A stretch of DNA of 49,931 nt from the NCBI GenBank assembly GCA_964586535.1, contig CAZPJJ010000001.1:1-49931 (forward strand). Reading direction: 5' to 3'. Position numbers and translations under genes: made by a program. Source of the DNA: an uncultured Acidobacteriota bacterium. GTDB taxonomy: Bacteria > Acidobacteriota > Polarisedimenticolia > J045. Shown here piece after piece: positions 17,732-27,300 of the stretch; position 1 is the stretch's first letter, and each line of letters begins with the position of its first letter. The notes below the pieces were generated by a model. The model was given only the letters and a program-made list of their open reading frames with translations. It ran no database searches and had not been told where the DNA came from.

Positions 17732-19099
17732 TCAGCGCCCCACCGCGCGATCGAGCCGCGCCGACGCGACGCGGGCGCGCGCGAGGACGTCCGTGCGGTC
17801 GAGGCCGGCGCGCAGCAGCGAGACCTCGGCGTCGAGCCGCTCGGACGACGTGATGACGCCCGCGCGATGGCGCTCGCTCGCGACACGGAGGCTCTCGCGG
17901 GCGGCGACGAGCGCGCGCTCGGCGACAGGAATCGAGGCGAGCGCCGTCGCCACGTCGATGCGCCGGGCAGTGACTTCGAGGCGGACGGCGCGATCGAGGG
18001 CGTCGCGCTCGTGGGCGAGCGCGAGCGCGCGTTGCCTCTCGGAGGCGGCCTCGGCGTCCGCGCGCCCCGAGTCGAAGACGCTCCACGAGAGCGCGAGCGT
18101 GGCGTCCCAGCCGCCCTTCCACGAGTCGGCGAGCGGCAGCTCGCGGGTCTGCGGATTGGCGAAGTCGTAGCCCGCCGTGGCGACGAGCTGCGGCCGCGAC
18201 GAGGCGTCCTGCGCGCGGGCGCGAGCCTCCGCGGCGGCGATGCGCTCGCCGAGCGCGGCGCGCTCGGGGCGCGCGGCGAGCGCCTCGGCGACGAGCGCGT
18301 CCAGCGGAGCGAGCGGCGCATCGACGGCCGCGAGCGGATCCGCCGCCTCGACGCGCGTGCCGAGCGCGAGGTCGAGCAGGCGCACCAGATCGGCCTCGGC
18401 CAGCTCGCCGTGGGCGCGCGCTTCGATGAGGCTCAGCTCGGCGCGATCGCGCTCGACCTCGACGTCGAGCACGTCACTGCGCGCTGCGAGGCCCAGGTGC
18501 TCGCGATTGCGCGCGTCGACGAGGTGCGCGTCGTAGGCGCGCAGCGATTCCTCGAGCACGATCTCGAGCGCGCGCGCGGTGACGAGCGACCAGTAGGCCT
18601 CCTCGACCTCGAGCACGAGCGCCGCGTCCTGCGCATCGCGATCCTCGGCGAGCGCGCGGCCTTCCGCGCGCGCGGCATCGCGCTGCGCGGGCAGGCGGCC
18701 GCCGGTGAGCAGCGCCTGCGAGACCTCGGCGCGGGTGCGGTAGCGGTCGGGCAGGTTGGGGAAGATCACGCGCGGCGGCATGCCAGGCATCTCGAGCGCG
18801 AGCTCGTCGACGTCGGACTGCCGCGTCGCCGACGCCGAGAGCGTCACGCCGGGCCGCCGCGCGGCCTCGACGGCGTCCTCGCTCGCGCGCGCGGCGGCAG
18901 CGAGCGCTTCGATGCGGCGCAGCGCGGGCGCGGCGTCGCGGGCGCGGGCGATGGCCTCGTCGAGCGTGAGGCGCAACGGAGCCTGAGCCGGCGCGTCGTC
19001 GGCTGCGACGGCGGGAGCGGCGAGAGAGAGCGCGGCCGCGAGCGCCAGCGCGACCATCGCGACGTGAGGTTTCACGGGTGAGAGAGAGCGCGTGTTCAC
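17732..19099 (-). CDS. TolC-family outer membrane efflux protein
   Basis: The signal peptide is VALALAAALSLAAPAVA-AD. Two repeated coiled-coil/beta OEP halves are present. A GTG start at 19099 forms a GTGA overlap with the upstream ATPase stop. ATG 19057 is an alternative start. Confidence 0.8.
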   Translation of the reverse strand: MNTRSLSPVKPHVAMVALALAAALSLAAPAVAADDAPAQAPLRLTLDEAIARARDAAPALRRIEALAAAARASEDAVEAARRPGVTLSASATRQSDVDELALEMPGMPPRVIFPNLPDRYRTRAEVSQALLTGGRLPAQRDAARAEGRALAEDRDAQDAALVLEVEEAYWSLVTARALEIVLEESLRAYDAHLVDARNREHLGLAARSDVLDVEVERDRAELSLIEARAHGELAEADLVRLLDLALGTRVEAADPLAAVDAPLAPLDALVAEALAARPERAALGERIAAAEARARAQDASSRPQLVATAGYDFANPQTRELPLADSWKGGWDATLALSWSVFDSGRADAEAASERQRALALAHERDALDRAVRLEVTARRIDVATALASIPVAERALVAARESLRVASERHRAGVITSSERLDAEVSLLRAGLDRTDVLARARVASARLDRAVGR

Positions 19100-19842
19100 G
19101 AGCGGGCCTCCTCGAGCGCTTCGATGAAGACGTCTTCGAGCGTGGCGGATCCGTCCGCCCTGCGCCGGGCAATGAGCGCCTCGGGCGTGTCGAGCGCGAG
19201 CAGCTTGCCGCGGTCGAGGAGCGCCACGCGCTGGCAGCGCTCCGCTTCGTCGAGATAAGAAGTCGAGACGAGGATCGTCAGCCCCTCGGCCTGGAGTTCG
19301 CCCAGGATCTGCCAGAACTCGCGCCGCGAGACGGGATCGACGCCCGTCGTCGGCTCGTCGAGGATGAGGAGCTCGGGGGTGTGCACGAGCGTGCAGGCGA
19401 GGGCGAGCTTCTGCTTCATGCCGCCCGAGAGGCGATCCGCGAGCCGGTCTCGAAAGGGCGCGAGCCTCACGCGCGCGAGCAGCTCGTCGCGGCGCGGGCG
19501 CCAGTCGCGGACGCCGTGAGCCGCGGCGAAGAAGGCGACGTTCTCGTCGATGGAGAGATCGCCGTAGAGCGAGAAGCTCTGGGAGAGATAGCCGAGGCGC
19601 GAGGCGATTACGCGGCGCTCGCGCGTGGGGTCGACGCCGAGCGTGCGGACCGTCCCGCCGTGCGGCGCGAGCAGTCCCAGCACGCTGCGGATCGTCGTCG
19701 TCTTGCCGGCGCCGTCGGGGCCGATGAGCCCCAGCATCTCGCCGCGGCCGATCGCGAAAGTGATCCCGTCCACGGCGACGAGCGAGCCGTAGCGCCGGAC
19801 GAGTCCGTCGACGGCCACGGGCAGAGGGAGTTGTTCCTTCAT
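19096..19842 (-). CDS. ABC transporter ATP-binding protein (first half-equivalent of YbhF)
   Basis: Walker A is GPDGAGKTT. The signature is LSGGMKQKL. Walker B is LLILDEPTTGVD. There is an ATGA overlap with the HlyD-like stop at 19839-19842. Confidence 0.9.
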   Translation of the reverse strand: MKEQLPLPVAVDGLVRRYGSLVAVDGITFAIGRGEMLGLIGPDGAGKTTTIRSVLGLLAPHGGTVRTLGVDPTRERRVIASRLGYLSQSFSLYGDLSIDENVAFFAAAHGVRDWRPRRDELLARVRLAPFRDRLADRLSGGMKQKLALACTLVHTPELLILDEPTTGVDPVSRREFWQILGELQAEGLTILVSTSYLDEAERCQRVALLDRGKLLALDTPEALIARRRADGSATLEDVFIEALEEARS

Positions 19843-20837
19843 CGCGCCGCCTTCGCGCTGGCCGCACCGGCCGCACCGGTGAAATGCGCGGTCGCGGGCA
19901 TTCCCGGCTTGAAGAGCAGGTCGTCGTTCGGCAGGCGCACCTTGACCAGGTAGACGAGCTGCACGCGCTCCTCGCGCGTCTGCACGTTCTTGGGCGTGAA
20001 CTGCGCGTCGGCCGCGATGTAGGAAATGGTGCCCTCGCGCTCCTGGCCGTCGTCGGTGACGACGCGCACCGGCTGGCCGAGCGCGAGCGCGCCGAGGTCG
20101 AGCTCGCCCACGTAGGCGTTGAGCCAGATGTCGCCGAGGTCGGTGAGCACGGCCAGCGGCGCGCCGGGCGCGATGATTTCGCCGGCCTCGACGAGCTTGT
20201 GGGTGAGGCGCGCCGCGAGCGGCGCCTCGATCGTCGCGTCGGCGAGCTGCTGCTCGAGCTGCGCGATGCGCGCGTCGGCGGCGTCCACGCGCGCGCGCGC
20301 CGCGTCGATCTCCTCGCGGCGCGTCCCCGCCTCGAGCAAGCGCAGCCGCTCCCGTGCGGCGGCGAGCGCCTCGCGCGCGATGTCGCGGCGCGTTCCGGCA
20401 TCGTCGCGCGCTTTCGTCGTACCCGAGCCCGAGGCGAGCAGCTCCTCCATGCGCGCGAACTCTCGCTCGGCGCCCGCGAGATCGGCGCTCGCCTGGTCGA
20501 CGCGGGCGCGCGCCTCGGCAATCTCCTCGCGCCGCGGGCCCGCGACGCGCAGGCGCCACTCGGCGTCGGCCTGGCCGCGCTCGGCGCGCGCCGCTTGCAG
20601 CGCGAGTTCGATGTCGACCGGGTCGATGGCGGCGACGGCTTGGCCCGCCGCGACGGCATCGCCTTCTTCGGCGTCGAAGGCGGCGAGCGTGCCGCCGACC
20701 TTGGCGGAGAGACGGACCTCCGTCGCCTCGCAGTGCCCGGTGGCGACGATGGCACCGCTGCCGTTGCCGTCGCCGCAGCCGGCGGCGAGGGCGAGAAGCA
20801 CGAGGGGGAGTCCAAGAGCGAGGGCAGGGTGTGACAT
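19839..20837 (-). CDS. HlyD-family periplasmic adaptor (YbhG-like), lipoprotein
   Basis: The N-terminus MSHPALALGLPLVLLALAAGC contains a lipobox. A coiled-coil hairpin and a barrel-sandwich domain are present. The gene starts 4 nt after the TetR stop. Confidence 0.85.
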   Translation of the reverse strand: MSHPALALGLPLVLLALAAGCGDGNGSGAIVATGHCEATEVRLSAKVGGTLAAFDAEEGDAVAAGQAVAAIDPVDIELALQAARAERGQADAEWRLRVAGPRREEIAEARARVDQASADLAGAEREFARMEELLASGSGTTKARDDAGTRRDIAREALAAARERLRLLEAGTRREEIDAARARVDAADARIAQLEQQLADATIEAPLAARLTHKLVEAGEIIAPGAPLAVLTDLGDIWLNAYVGELDLGALALGQPVRVVTDDGQEREGTISYIAADAQFTPKNVQTREERVQLVYLVKVRLPNDDLLFKPGMPATAHFTGAAGAASAKAAR

Positions 20838-20841
20838 GGGT

Positions 20842-21504
20842 TCAGCTCCTCGGGGAATCCGCGGCGAGGCCGCGCACGACGAGTTCCTGCAGATGGCGAA
20901 CGAAGGCTTCGGGCGTCGGCTTGGCGCCGGGGATGCGGCCGGTCGCGAACATCGCGGTCCGCAGCGGCTCGGTCGCGTGGAAGAAGACGAGCGAGGCCAT
21001 GATCGTGAGATGGGTGAGCAGCGGGTCGACGGGGCGGAAGCGCCCCCGCTCGACGCCGCGCGCGATGACGCGCGCGAGCCCGCCGAAGACCGCAAGCATC
21101 CGCCCGCGCAGCTCGTCGTCGAGATGGGTGCCGCCGGAGACGGCCTCGCGAACGATGATCGCGGGCAGCTCGGGATGGCCCGCGGCGAGCTCGCCGAAGC
21201 CGCCGATGAACGCGGCGATGAGATCGCCTTCGTCGCCGGGGACCGTGGCCAGGGTCGCCGCGCGCTCGGCGAGCGGCTCGAGCGCCGCGCGGACGATCGC
21301 CTGGAAGAGCCCGAGCTTCCCGCCGAAGTGGTAGCTGACCATGGCCTTGTTGACCGCCGCTTCGCGCGCGATCTCGTCGATCGAGACCCCGTCGTACCCG
21401 TGCGCGGCGAAGAGGCGCGCCGCGGCGGCGATCAGCAGCTCGCGGGTGCGCTCGGGGTCGCGTTCGCCCTTGGCGCGGGGCGGGGCGGGGGGGCGTTTGG
21501 CCAT
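20842..21504 (-). CDS. TetR/AcrR family transcriptional regulator (CecR/YbiH-like position)
   Basis: The ATG at 21504 is preceded by AAGGAG plus 6 nt. The HTH region is ELLIAAAARLFAAHGYDGVSIDEIAREAAVNKAMVSYHFGGK. It is the first gene of the exporter operon. Confidence 0.9.
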   Translation of the reverse strand: MAKRPPAPPRAKGERDPERTRELLIAAAARLFAAHGYDGVSIDEIAREAAVNKAMVSYHFGGKLGLFQAIVRAALEPLAERAATLATVPGDEGDLIAAFIGGFGELAAGHPELPAIIVREAVSGGTHLDDELRGRMLAVFGGLARVIARGVERGRFRPVDPLLTHLTIMASLVFFHATEPLRTAMFATGRIPGAKPTPEAFVRHLQELVVRGLAADSPRS

Positions 21505-21517
21505 CGATCGCTCCTTG

Positions 21518-21537
21518 TCAATCAAACGGTTGGTTGA
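21518..21537. promoter_or_regulatory. Candidate TetR operator (imperfect 10+10 inverted repeat)
   Basis: TCAATCAAACGGTTGGTTGA matches in 8 of 10 positions between its half-sites. It lies 14-33 nt upstream of the TetR start codon, in the only non-coding stretch preceding the operon. Confidence 0.4.
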
Positions 21538-21703
21538 ATCCTGCCCCGCGAATCTGCCCTCCGCAAGGGGCGCCGTGTGACAAATCTTTCCCGCCTCGCG
21601 GGTCGGTTGCCCGGCCCCTCCCGCGGGCGTTCGGCTATGTCCTTCCAGGCCAGTCACCTAGCCCCGTGACGGACGCGTCGCGGGTGTAACGAAAGGCGTC
21701 GCG

Positions 21704-22081
21704 GTGTTATGCTGCGCGCCCTCCGGAGGCCCCGTGCTCGAACTTTCCGTCATCGACGCCAACGACCGCTACGTCCACCTCGCGATCACCGGCCGCTTCG
21801 ATCTGCCCGGCGCGAACACCATCGAGCCCCGCTTCACCGTCGAGACGACGGCGCGCCGCAAGCCGCTCGTCGTCGACCTCTCCGGGGTCGAGATGCTCGG
21901 CTCGTTCGGCATGGGGATGCTCGCGGCGTCGGCCCGCGCGCTCAAAGCGCACGGCGCCGCCATGGTGCTGCTCGCGCCCCGTTCCAACGTCGAGCGCGCG
22001 ATGCGCGCCGTCGGCATCGATCACGCGATGCCGATCGTCCACGACCTCGACGAGGCGCTGAAGGCGCTGGGCGTGGCGTAG
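21704..22081 (+). CDS. STAS-domain protein (anti-sigma-factor antagonist, SpoIIAA/RsbV-like)
   Basis: LVVDLSGVEMLGSFGMGMLAASARALKAHGAAMVLLAP is the STAS core, with a candidate phospho-Ser in GSFG. A more likely start is GTG 21734, which has GGAGG 4 nt upstream. Confidence 0.75.
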   Translation: MLCCAPSGGPVLELSVIDANDRYVHLAITGRFDLPGANTIEPRFTVETTARRKPLVVDLSGVEMLGSFGMGMLAASARALKAHGAAMVLLAPRSNVERAMRAVGIDHAMPIVHDLDEALKALGVA

Positions 22082-22097
22082 GCGGCGAGCAGGATCT

Positions 22098-23711
22098 CTA
22101 CGACGGCTCTCGCTGCACACAGATGATCGTCACGTCGTCCGAAGGCGATCCTCCCGCGTAGGCGAGCACGGCGGTTTCGATCGCCCGCCGCAGGTCGTGC
22201 GGCGACATGTGATTCTGCGTCACGACGATCTTCTGCAGCCGCTCGAAGCCGAAGGGCTCGCGGGTCGCGCTCTCTTCCTCGGTGACGCCGTCGCTGCAGG
22301 CGACGATCGTGTCGCCGGGCTTCATCTCGGTCGTGGCCGCCTCGGCGAAAAATATGTCGAGCAGGCCGAGCGCGGCGCCGGTGGCCTTCCATTCGATGAC
22401 CTCGCCGTCCGCGCGCACGAGCAGCGGCGAAGGTGCGTGGCCGCAGTTGACCCAGGTGACGCGGTGATTGCGCGCGTCGAGGTCGGCGAGCACGAAGGTG
22501 ACGAAGCGGTTGCGCGGGGCGTGGCGCAAGACGGTGTCGTTGAGGCGGCGGGCGATCTCGAGCACCGGCAGGCGGTCCTGCACCAGCTCGTGGAAGACGG
22601 CATGGAGCATCGACATGAGAATCGCCGCGCCCATGCCCTTGCCGGCCACGTCGCCGAGCATGCAGATGTGGCGGTCCTCGCCCGTGTCGACGAAATCGAA
22701 GAAGTCGCCGCCCACTTCGTAGCAGGGCGTGCTGCGGCCGTCGGCGGCGTAGCCCTCGATCGTCGGCGGTGACGCCGGAAAGCAGCGGCGCTGCATCTCC
22801 GCGGCGGCGAGCGCTTCGGCCTTGAGGCGCTCTTTTTCCAGTTTCTCGTCGATGAGCGCGGCGTTGCGCATCTGGATCGCGGCGACATTGCCGAGCATCG
22901 CCAGGAGGCGCAGGTCGTCCTCGGTAAATGCGGCGCGCGCGAACGTCGCGTCGGTGTAGAGCATGCCTTGCACGCGGTCGCCGTCCCAGAGCGGCACCGC
23001 CATGAGCGAGCCCACGCCCATGATCCCGGTGGCCTGGAGCAGCCGCTCGTCCGTCGAGGCGTCGGCCGTCAACACCGACGAGCGCTCGTCGAAGACGAGG
23101 CGCGCGACGGTGCGGCTCACGGTGAGCGGGCCCCGCGCCGGCGGCAGCGCCGCGGAACACTCGAGGTCGCCCGACTCGCTCTTGACGACGATCGCGGCGC
23201 GGCGCGGCTCGAGCGCTTGATGGACGAGTTCGAGGACGCGCGGCAGGAGCGCTTCGATGTCGGTGAGCGCGAGCAGCTCGAGCGTGGCCTTCTCGAGCAC
23301 CGCCAGCCGCCGCGCCGCGGGATCGCCCTGGAGCGCGCGCTGCACGTCGATCCCCGAGAGCACGATCGTGCCCTCGCCGGCGAGGCGTGCGTCGGTCAGG
23401 GTGACGCTGCCCGACTGCGGCGACTCTTCGAAGTCGACGCGTGTCCCGCCCGCGACGATCGTCGAGCCCGGGCGCAGCGCGGTGGGCGTCGAGATCCACG
23501 CACCGTCGACGCTGGTGCCGTTGAGACTGCCGCGGTCGTTGGCGAACCACTGCCCGCCCGATTCGAAGACCTCGAAATGCCCGCGCGAAAGCTCCGGATC
23601 GGCGAGGACGACCTCGTTGCCGAAGCCCCGCCCGAAGCGAACCTTCGAGCCGATCGATAGCTCGATCACCTGGCGGGCACCGTGCGATTCCGTAACGACG
23701 AGGCGCGGCAT
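22098..23711 (-). CDS. FHA - GAF - PP2C/SpoIIE-type serine phosphatase
   Basis: The FHA domain is RFGRGFGNEVVLADPELSRGHFEVFESGGQWFANDRGSLNGTSVDG. The central region is GAF-like. The C-terminal PP2C motifs are YEVGGDFFDF, MLGDVAGKG and CSDGVTE. The start is at MPRLVV (23711), downstream of GGAGGAG. Confidence 0.85.
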   Translation of the reverse strand: MPRLVVTESHGARQVIELSIGSKVRFGRGFGNEVVLADPELSRGHFEVFESGGQWFANDRGSLNGTSVDGAWISTPTALRPGSTIVAGGTRVDFEESPQSGSVTLTDARLAGEGTIVLSGIDVQRALQGDPAARRLAVLEKATLELLALTDIEALLPRVLELVHQALEPRRAAIVVKSESGDLECSAALPPARGPLTVSRTVARLVFDERSSVLTADASTDERLLQATGIMGVGSLMAVPLWDGDRVQGMLYTDATFARAAFTEDDLRLLAMLGNVAAIQMRNAALIDEKLEKERLKAEALAAAEMQRRCFPASPPTIEGYAADGRSTPCYEVGGDFFDFVDTGEDRHICMLGDVAGKGMGAAILMSMLHAVFHELVQDRLPVLEIARRLNDTVLRHAPRNRFVTFVLADLDARNHRVTWVNCGHAPSPLLVRADGEVIEWKATGAALGLLDIFFAEAATTEMKPGDTIVACSDGVTEEESATREPFGFERLQKIVVTQNHMSPHDLRRAIETAVLAYAGGSPSDDVTIICVQREPS

Positions 23712-23820
23712 GGGGCGGGCTTCTCCTCCGCGTTCACCTGGCGCGTGGACCGCGCGAGGGGCCAATGAATCTACCCCGAAGTCGCGTTATCCGCGCCCCA
23801 GCCGCTCGTTTACAAGACGA

Positions 23821-24093
23821 TCAGATCCCCAGACTCGGATCGATCGTGGTGTCGACTCGCACGACGCGATCGACCGGGAATCCCGCGACGGAGGAATGCT
23901 TGCGGATCGTCTCCTCGTCGGGGGCCACGTGGACGCAGTAGAACTTGTCGCCCGCGACGAAGCTCTGGATCCACTGATACGGCTCGTCAAGGCTATGCGC
24001 GACGGCGCACGATTTGCGCGCGATCGCGTTCAGCGCGTCCTGATCGAGGGCGCCGGCGCCGGGCAGCGTGCGTTCGATGATGAACTTGGGCAT
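23821..24093 (-). CDS. DUF4242 family small protein (SCO4226-like)
   Basis: MPKFIIERTLPG...WIQSFVAGDKFYCVHVAPDEETIRKHSSVAGFPVDRVVRV matches my recollection of the DUF4242 pattern. The size (90 aa) fits. Confidence 0.65.
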   Translation of the reverse strand: MPKFIIERTLPGAGALDQDALNAIARKSCAVAHSLDEPYQWIQSFVAGDKFYCVHVAPDEETIRKHSSVAGFPVDRVVRVDTTIDPSLGI

Positions 24094-24323
24094 CGGTCTC
24101 TCCTTTCTTGATTCGTGTCGTGTTGGCAGGTCGATCGGCCTCGACCTTGACTACGAGAGCCCGCGCGCAACCCGCCAACGCCTCGGACGAAAGCTCGGCT
24201 TACTCCTTGGTGCTCTCGTATAATCCGCGCGACAGGGGCAAGCCGCGGGGGCGGCGGCGTGGGGTTGGGGTGCAAGTCCCGCGTCCGGTTTCGTCTCGCG
24301 CGGTGCCCTCTCGGGGGGGGCGC

Positions 24324-27300
24324 GTGGAGCGGGTGTACGTGGGCGGCGAGTCCCACCTCGAAGGACGGACCATCGGCCGCTATCGCATCGGCGCGTTGCT
24401 GGGCGAAGGCGGGATGGGGCGCGTCTACGGCGCTCACGACACGCATCTCGGCCGGCCCGTCGCCGTCAAGACGATCCGCGATCTCGACCACGCCGCGGAG
24501 GGACTGCGGCTGCGCTTCGCGCAGGAGATCCGCTCGGCCACGGCCGTCACGCACCCCTACGTCGCGAGCGTCTACGACGCGCTCGAAGTCGACGGGCTGC
24601 CGCTGCTCGTCATGGAATTGCTCGAGGGCACGCCGCTCGACCGCGCGCTGCGCGAGGCGGGCCGCTTCGAGAGCAAGCGCGCGCTCGTCGTCGCCCAGGA
24701 GATCGCCGAGGCGCTGGCCGCGATCCACGGAGCCGGGATCGTCCATCGCGACCTCAAGCCCGGCAACGTGATGCTCACCACGAACGGCCACGTCAAGGTG
24801 ATGGACTTCGGCGTGGCTCGCGTGACGCACGCGGCCGCCGAGCTTTCGGGCACCGCCACGACGTCGGCCGGGATCACCCGTCCCGGCGTGCTCGTCGGCA
24901 CGCCCGCGTACTTCGCGCCGGAGGTCCTGCTCGGCCACCCGCCGACGGCGCGCGCCGATCTCTTCGCGCTCGGCGTGCTGCTCTGGGAGATGCTCACGGG
25001 GCGCCATCCCTTCCGCCGCGACAACGCGCTCGACACGCAGGACGCCGTGCTCTACGACGAGCCCGGCGCCCATGACGACGCGGCGCGCGCCGTGTTCGCG
25101 GCGCTGCCCGCGCCGGTGCGCGCGGTCGCCGAGGCGCTGCTCACCAAGCGGGCCGAGGACCGGCTGCCCACCGCGCAGGCTGCGGTCGCCGCGATCGCGA
25201 GCGCGCTCGACGGCACGGACTTCCGCACCGGCGCGCGCGGCGACGACGCGTCGCCCGCCAAGCCGTGGTGGGCGAGCCGCGCGATCGTCGCGGCCGTGCT
25301 GCTCTTCGCCGTGGGAGCGGGCGCGCTCGCCTGGCGCGCGACGCACCTGCCCGCCGCCGAGGCGCCTACCGAAGTGCCGCCCGTCGTGGCCGTGCTGCCC
25401 TTCGAAGACCGCAGCGGCGATACCGGCGCCGAAGGCCGCGGCTCGATGATCGCCGCGCTGCTCGGCGCGGGCCTCGGCGAGAGCGGTGCCGTGCGCGCCG
25501 TCGCGGCCGAGCGCGTCGACGAAGTGCTCGCCGCCGCCGAAGCCGGCGCCACCGTGCGCGAGCGCGTGCAGCGCGCCGCCGAGCTCGCGGGCGCGGCGTG
25601 GATCGTCTCCGGGCAGATTTTTCGCGAAGGCGACCGCCTGCACGCGGCGATCTCCGTCCACGACGCCACCGCACCCGACACCCCCGCCGGCTTCCGCCTC
25701 GCCGACGCGAGCTCGATGGGCCTCGTCGACGCGGCACTCTACAAAGTCGTCGAGGCCGTCCGCGGCCGCGCCGTCTCGTCACAAGAACTCGCTCAGGCGA
25801 CGCGCGGCGCGCGCGACGAGCGTGCCGTCGCCGCTCTCGTCGAAGCGCAGCGCGCGGCGCGGTCGCTCGATTACGAGACCGCGATCGTGAAGGCGGAGGA
25901 AGCGGTCGACATTGCGCCGAACGACATCGGCCTGCGGCTCGCGTCCGCAGAGATCCTCGACTCCGCGGGATACGAGACGCGCGCGCGCCTCGCCGTGCGC
26001 GAAGCGCGACGTCTCGCCGACGCGTCGCCCCCGGAGGCGATCTCTCCTCGCGACGGGCTCGAGCTTCGCATTCTTGAAGCGCGATTCGGAACCGAGCCGC
26101 AACGAGTCGTCGACGCGCTGGAAGAGGCGGCACGACGTGCGCCCTACGATGCTTCGCTCTGGAGTCGCGTCGCCGCGGCCCTGGTCGATGTCGGAAAAAT
26201 GGACGAAGCGCTCGCCGCGATCGACCGCGCGGTCGCGCTCGACCGGCTCGATCCGCGACTGCATATCGAACGCGCCCGCCTCCTCGCAAGAATAGAGCGC
26301 ACCGGAGAAGCCGAATCGAGTCGTCTCGAGGCGAAGCGTCTCTTCGACGTGCTGCGCTCTCGACACGGAGAAGCCGAAGTAACCGTCCTCGCCGGCGAAA
26401 TCGCGTGGGCATCGGGAAAACCCGAGGAATCACTCACCGCGTTTCGCGAGTCGATCACGCTCTTCGAGCAGGCCGGATCACCCGTCGATGCGGCACTCGC
26501 CAGTCGCTCCGCCGGCGACCTCGCTCAGTACCTGTGGAGGCTCGAAGAAGCGCTCGATCTCTACCATCGCGCGCTCACCGTGCTGCAGACGGCGGGCAAT
26601 CGCCGCGCGGTCATCCGTACGCAGATCGGCATCGGGACGGCGCTCCAGCGACGGCTCGACCTCGTCGAGGCGCGCGACGTGCTGACGGCCGCCGCCCAGG
26701 ACTCCAAGGCGCTCGGCCTCACGCGCCAGCATCTGTTCGCCCTCGAGAATCTGATCACGACGACTCTGCGCACTAACCAGCCTGAGGATGCTCTCGCGCG
26801 GGTGGATGAAGCGCTTGCCATTGCGAGGTCGCTGAACGAGTCCGCTTCGATGCCTGGAATCCTCCGCAGTCGCGGTGAGGCGTACCGGCTCCTCGGGAAC
26901 TACGAAAGAGCCGAGACCACGCTCGTCGAACTCGCGCGCAACTTGGAGGCGATGCCCGGGACGATCGGTGCTGACGTCGTCTGGACGTATCAGCGGCTGG
27001 CAAAGACCCGCGAGGAAGCCGGCGATCTCGAGGGCGCGATCCGCGCGGCGAGCGAGGCCTTGCGACACGCGCGCGCGCAGGGATTGAAGCCGTCTGAAGC
27101 GTGGACGCTCGCGTTGCGTGCGCGGCTCTACGCGGCGGCAGGGGACACGGCGGCTGCAAGGGCGGATTTGGCAGAATTCCAGGCGATCGACGACGGGTCG
27201 GGCGGAGCGAGGGAGTTCGTGGAGGCGGCGCGTCTGGGGGAGGCGAGCCTGGCGCTCGCGAGGCTCGACTGGAACTCGGCGATCTCGCTCTCGAAGGAAC

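Noticed and set aside
14565-20815. Very long minus-strand ORFs 14565-17012 (815 aa), 16774-18321 (515 aa), 17732-20815 (1027 aa) and 19096-20559 (487 aa), taken at face value.
   Set aside because: Their N-terminal parts are Arg/Pro/Ala-rich out-of-frame read-through over the upstream genes. The true starts are internal (15662, 17730, 19099, 19842) and form ATGA/GTGA overlaps, with recognisable N-termini.
21674-21716. Direct repeat GCGTCGCGG(G)TGT(A/T)A x2 and a TGTAAC-N17-TATGCT promoter-like element upstream of the STAS gene.
   Set aside because: The matches to consensus are weak (3/6 and 4/6) and the repeat is short. It is plausible but not supportable without TSS data.
24219-24224. Perfect TATAAT hexamer ~100 nt upstream of the Ser/Thr kinase start.
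   Set aside because: No acceptable -35 element lies at 15-18 nt (CGGCTT or GGCTTA) and there is no extended -10 TG. It may still be a promoter in this GC-rich context, but I cannot support it as a feature.
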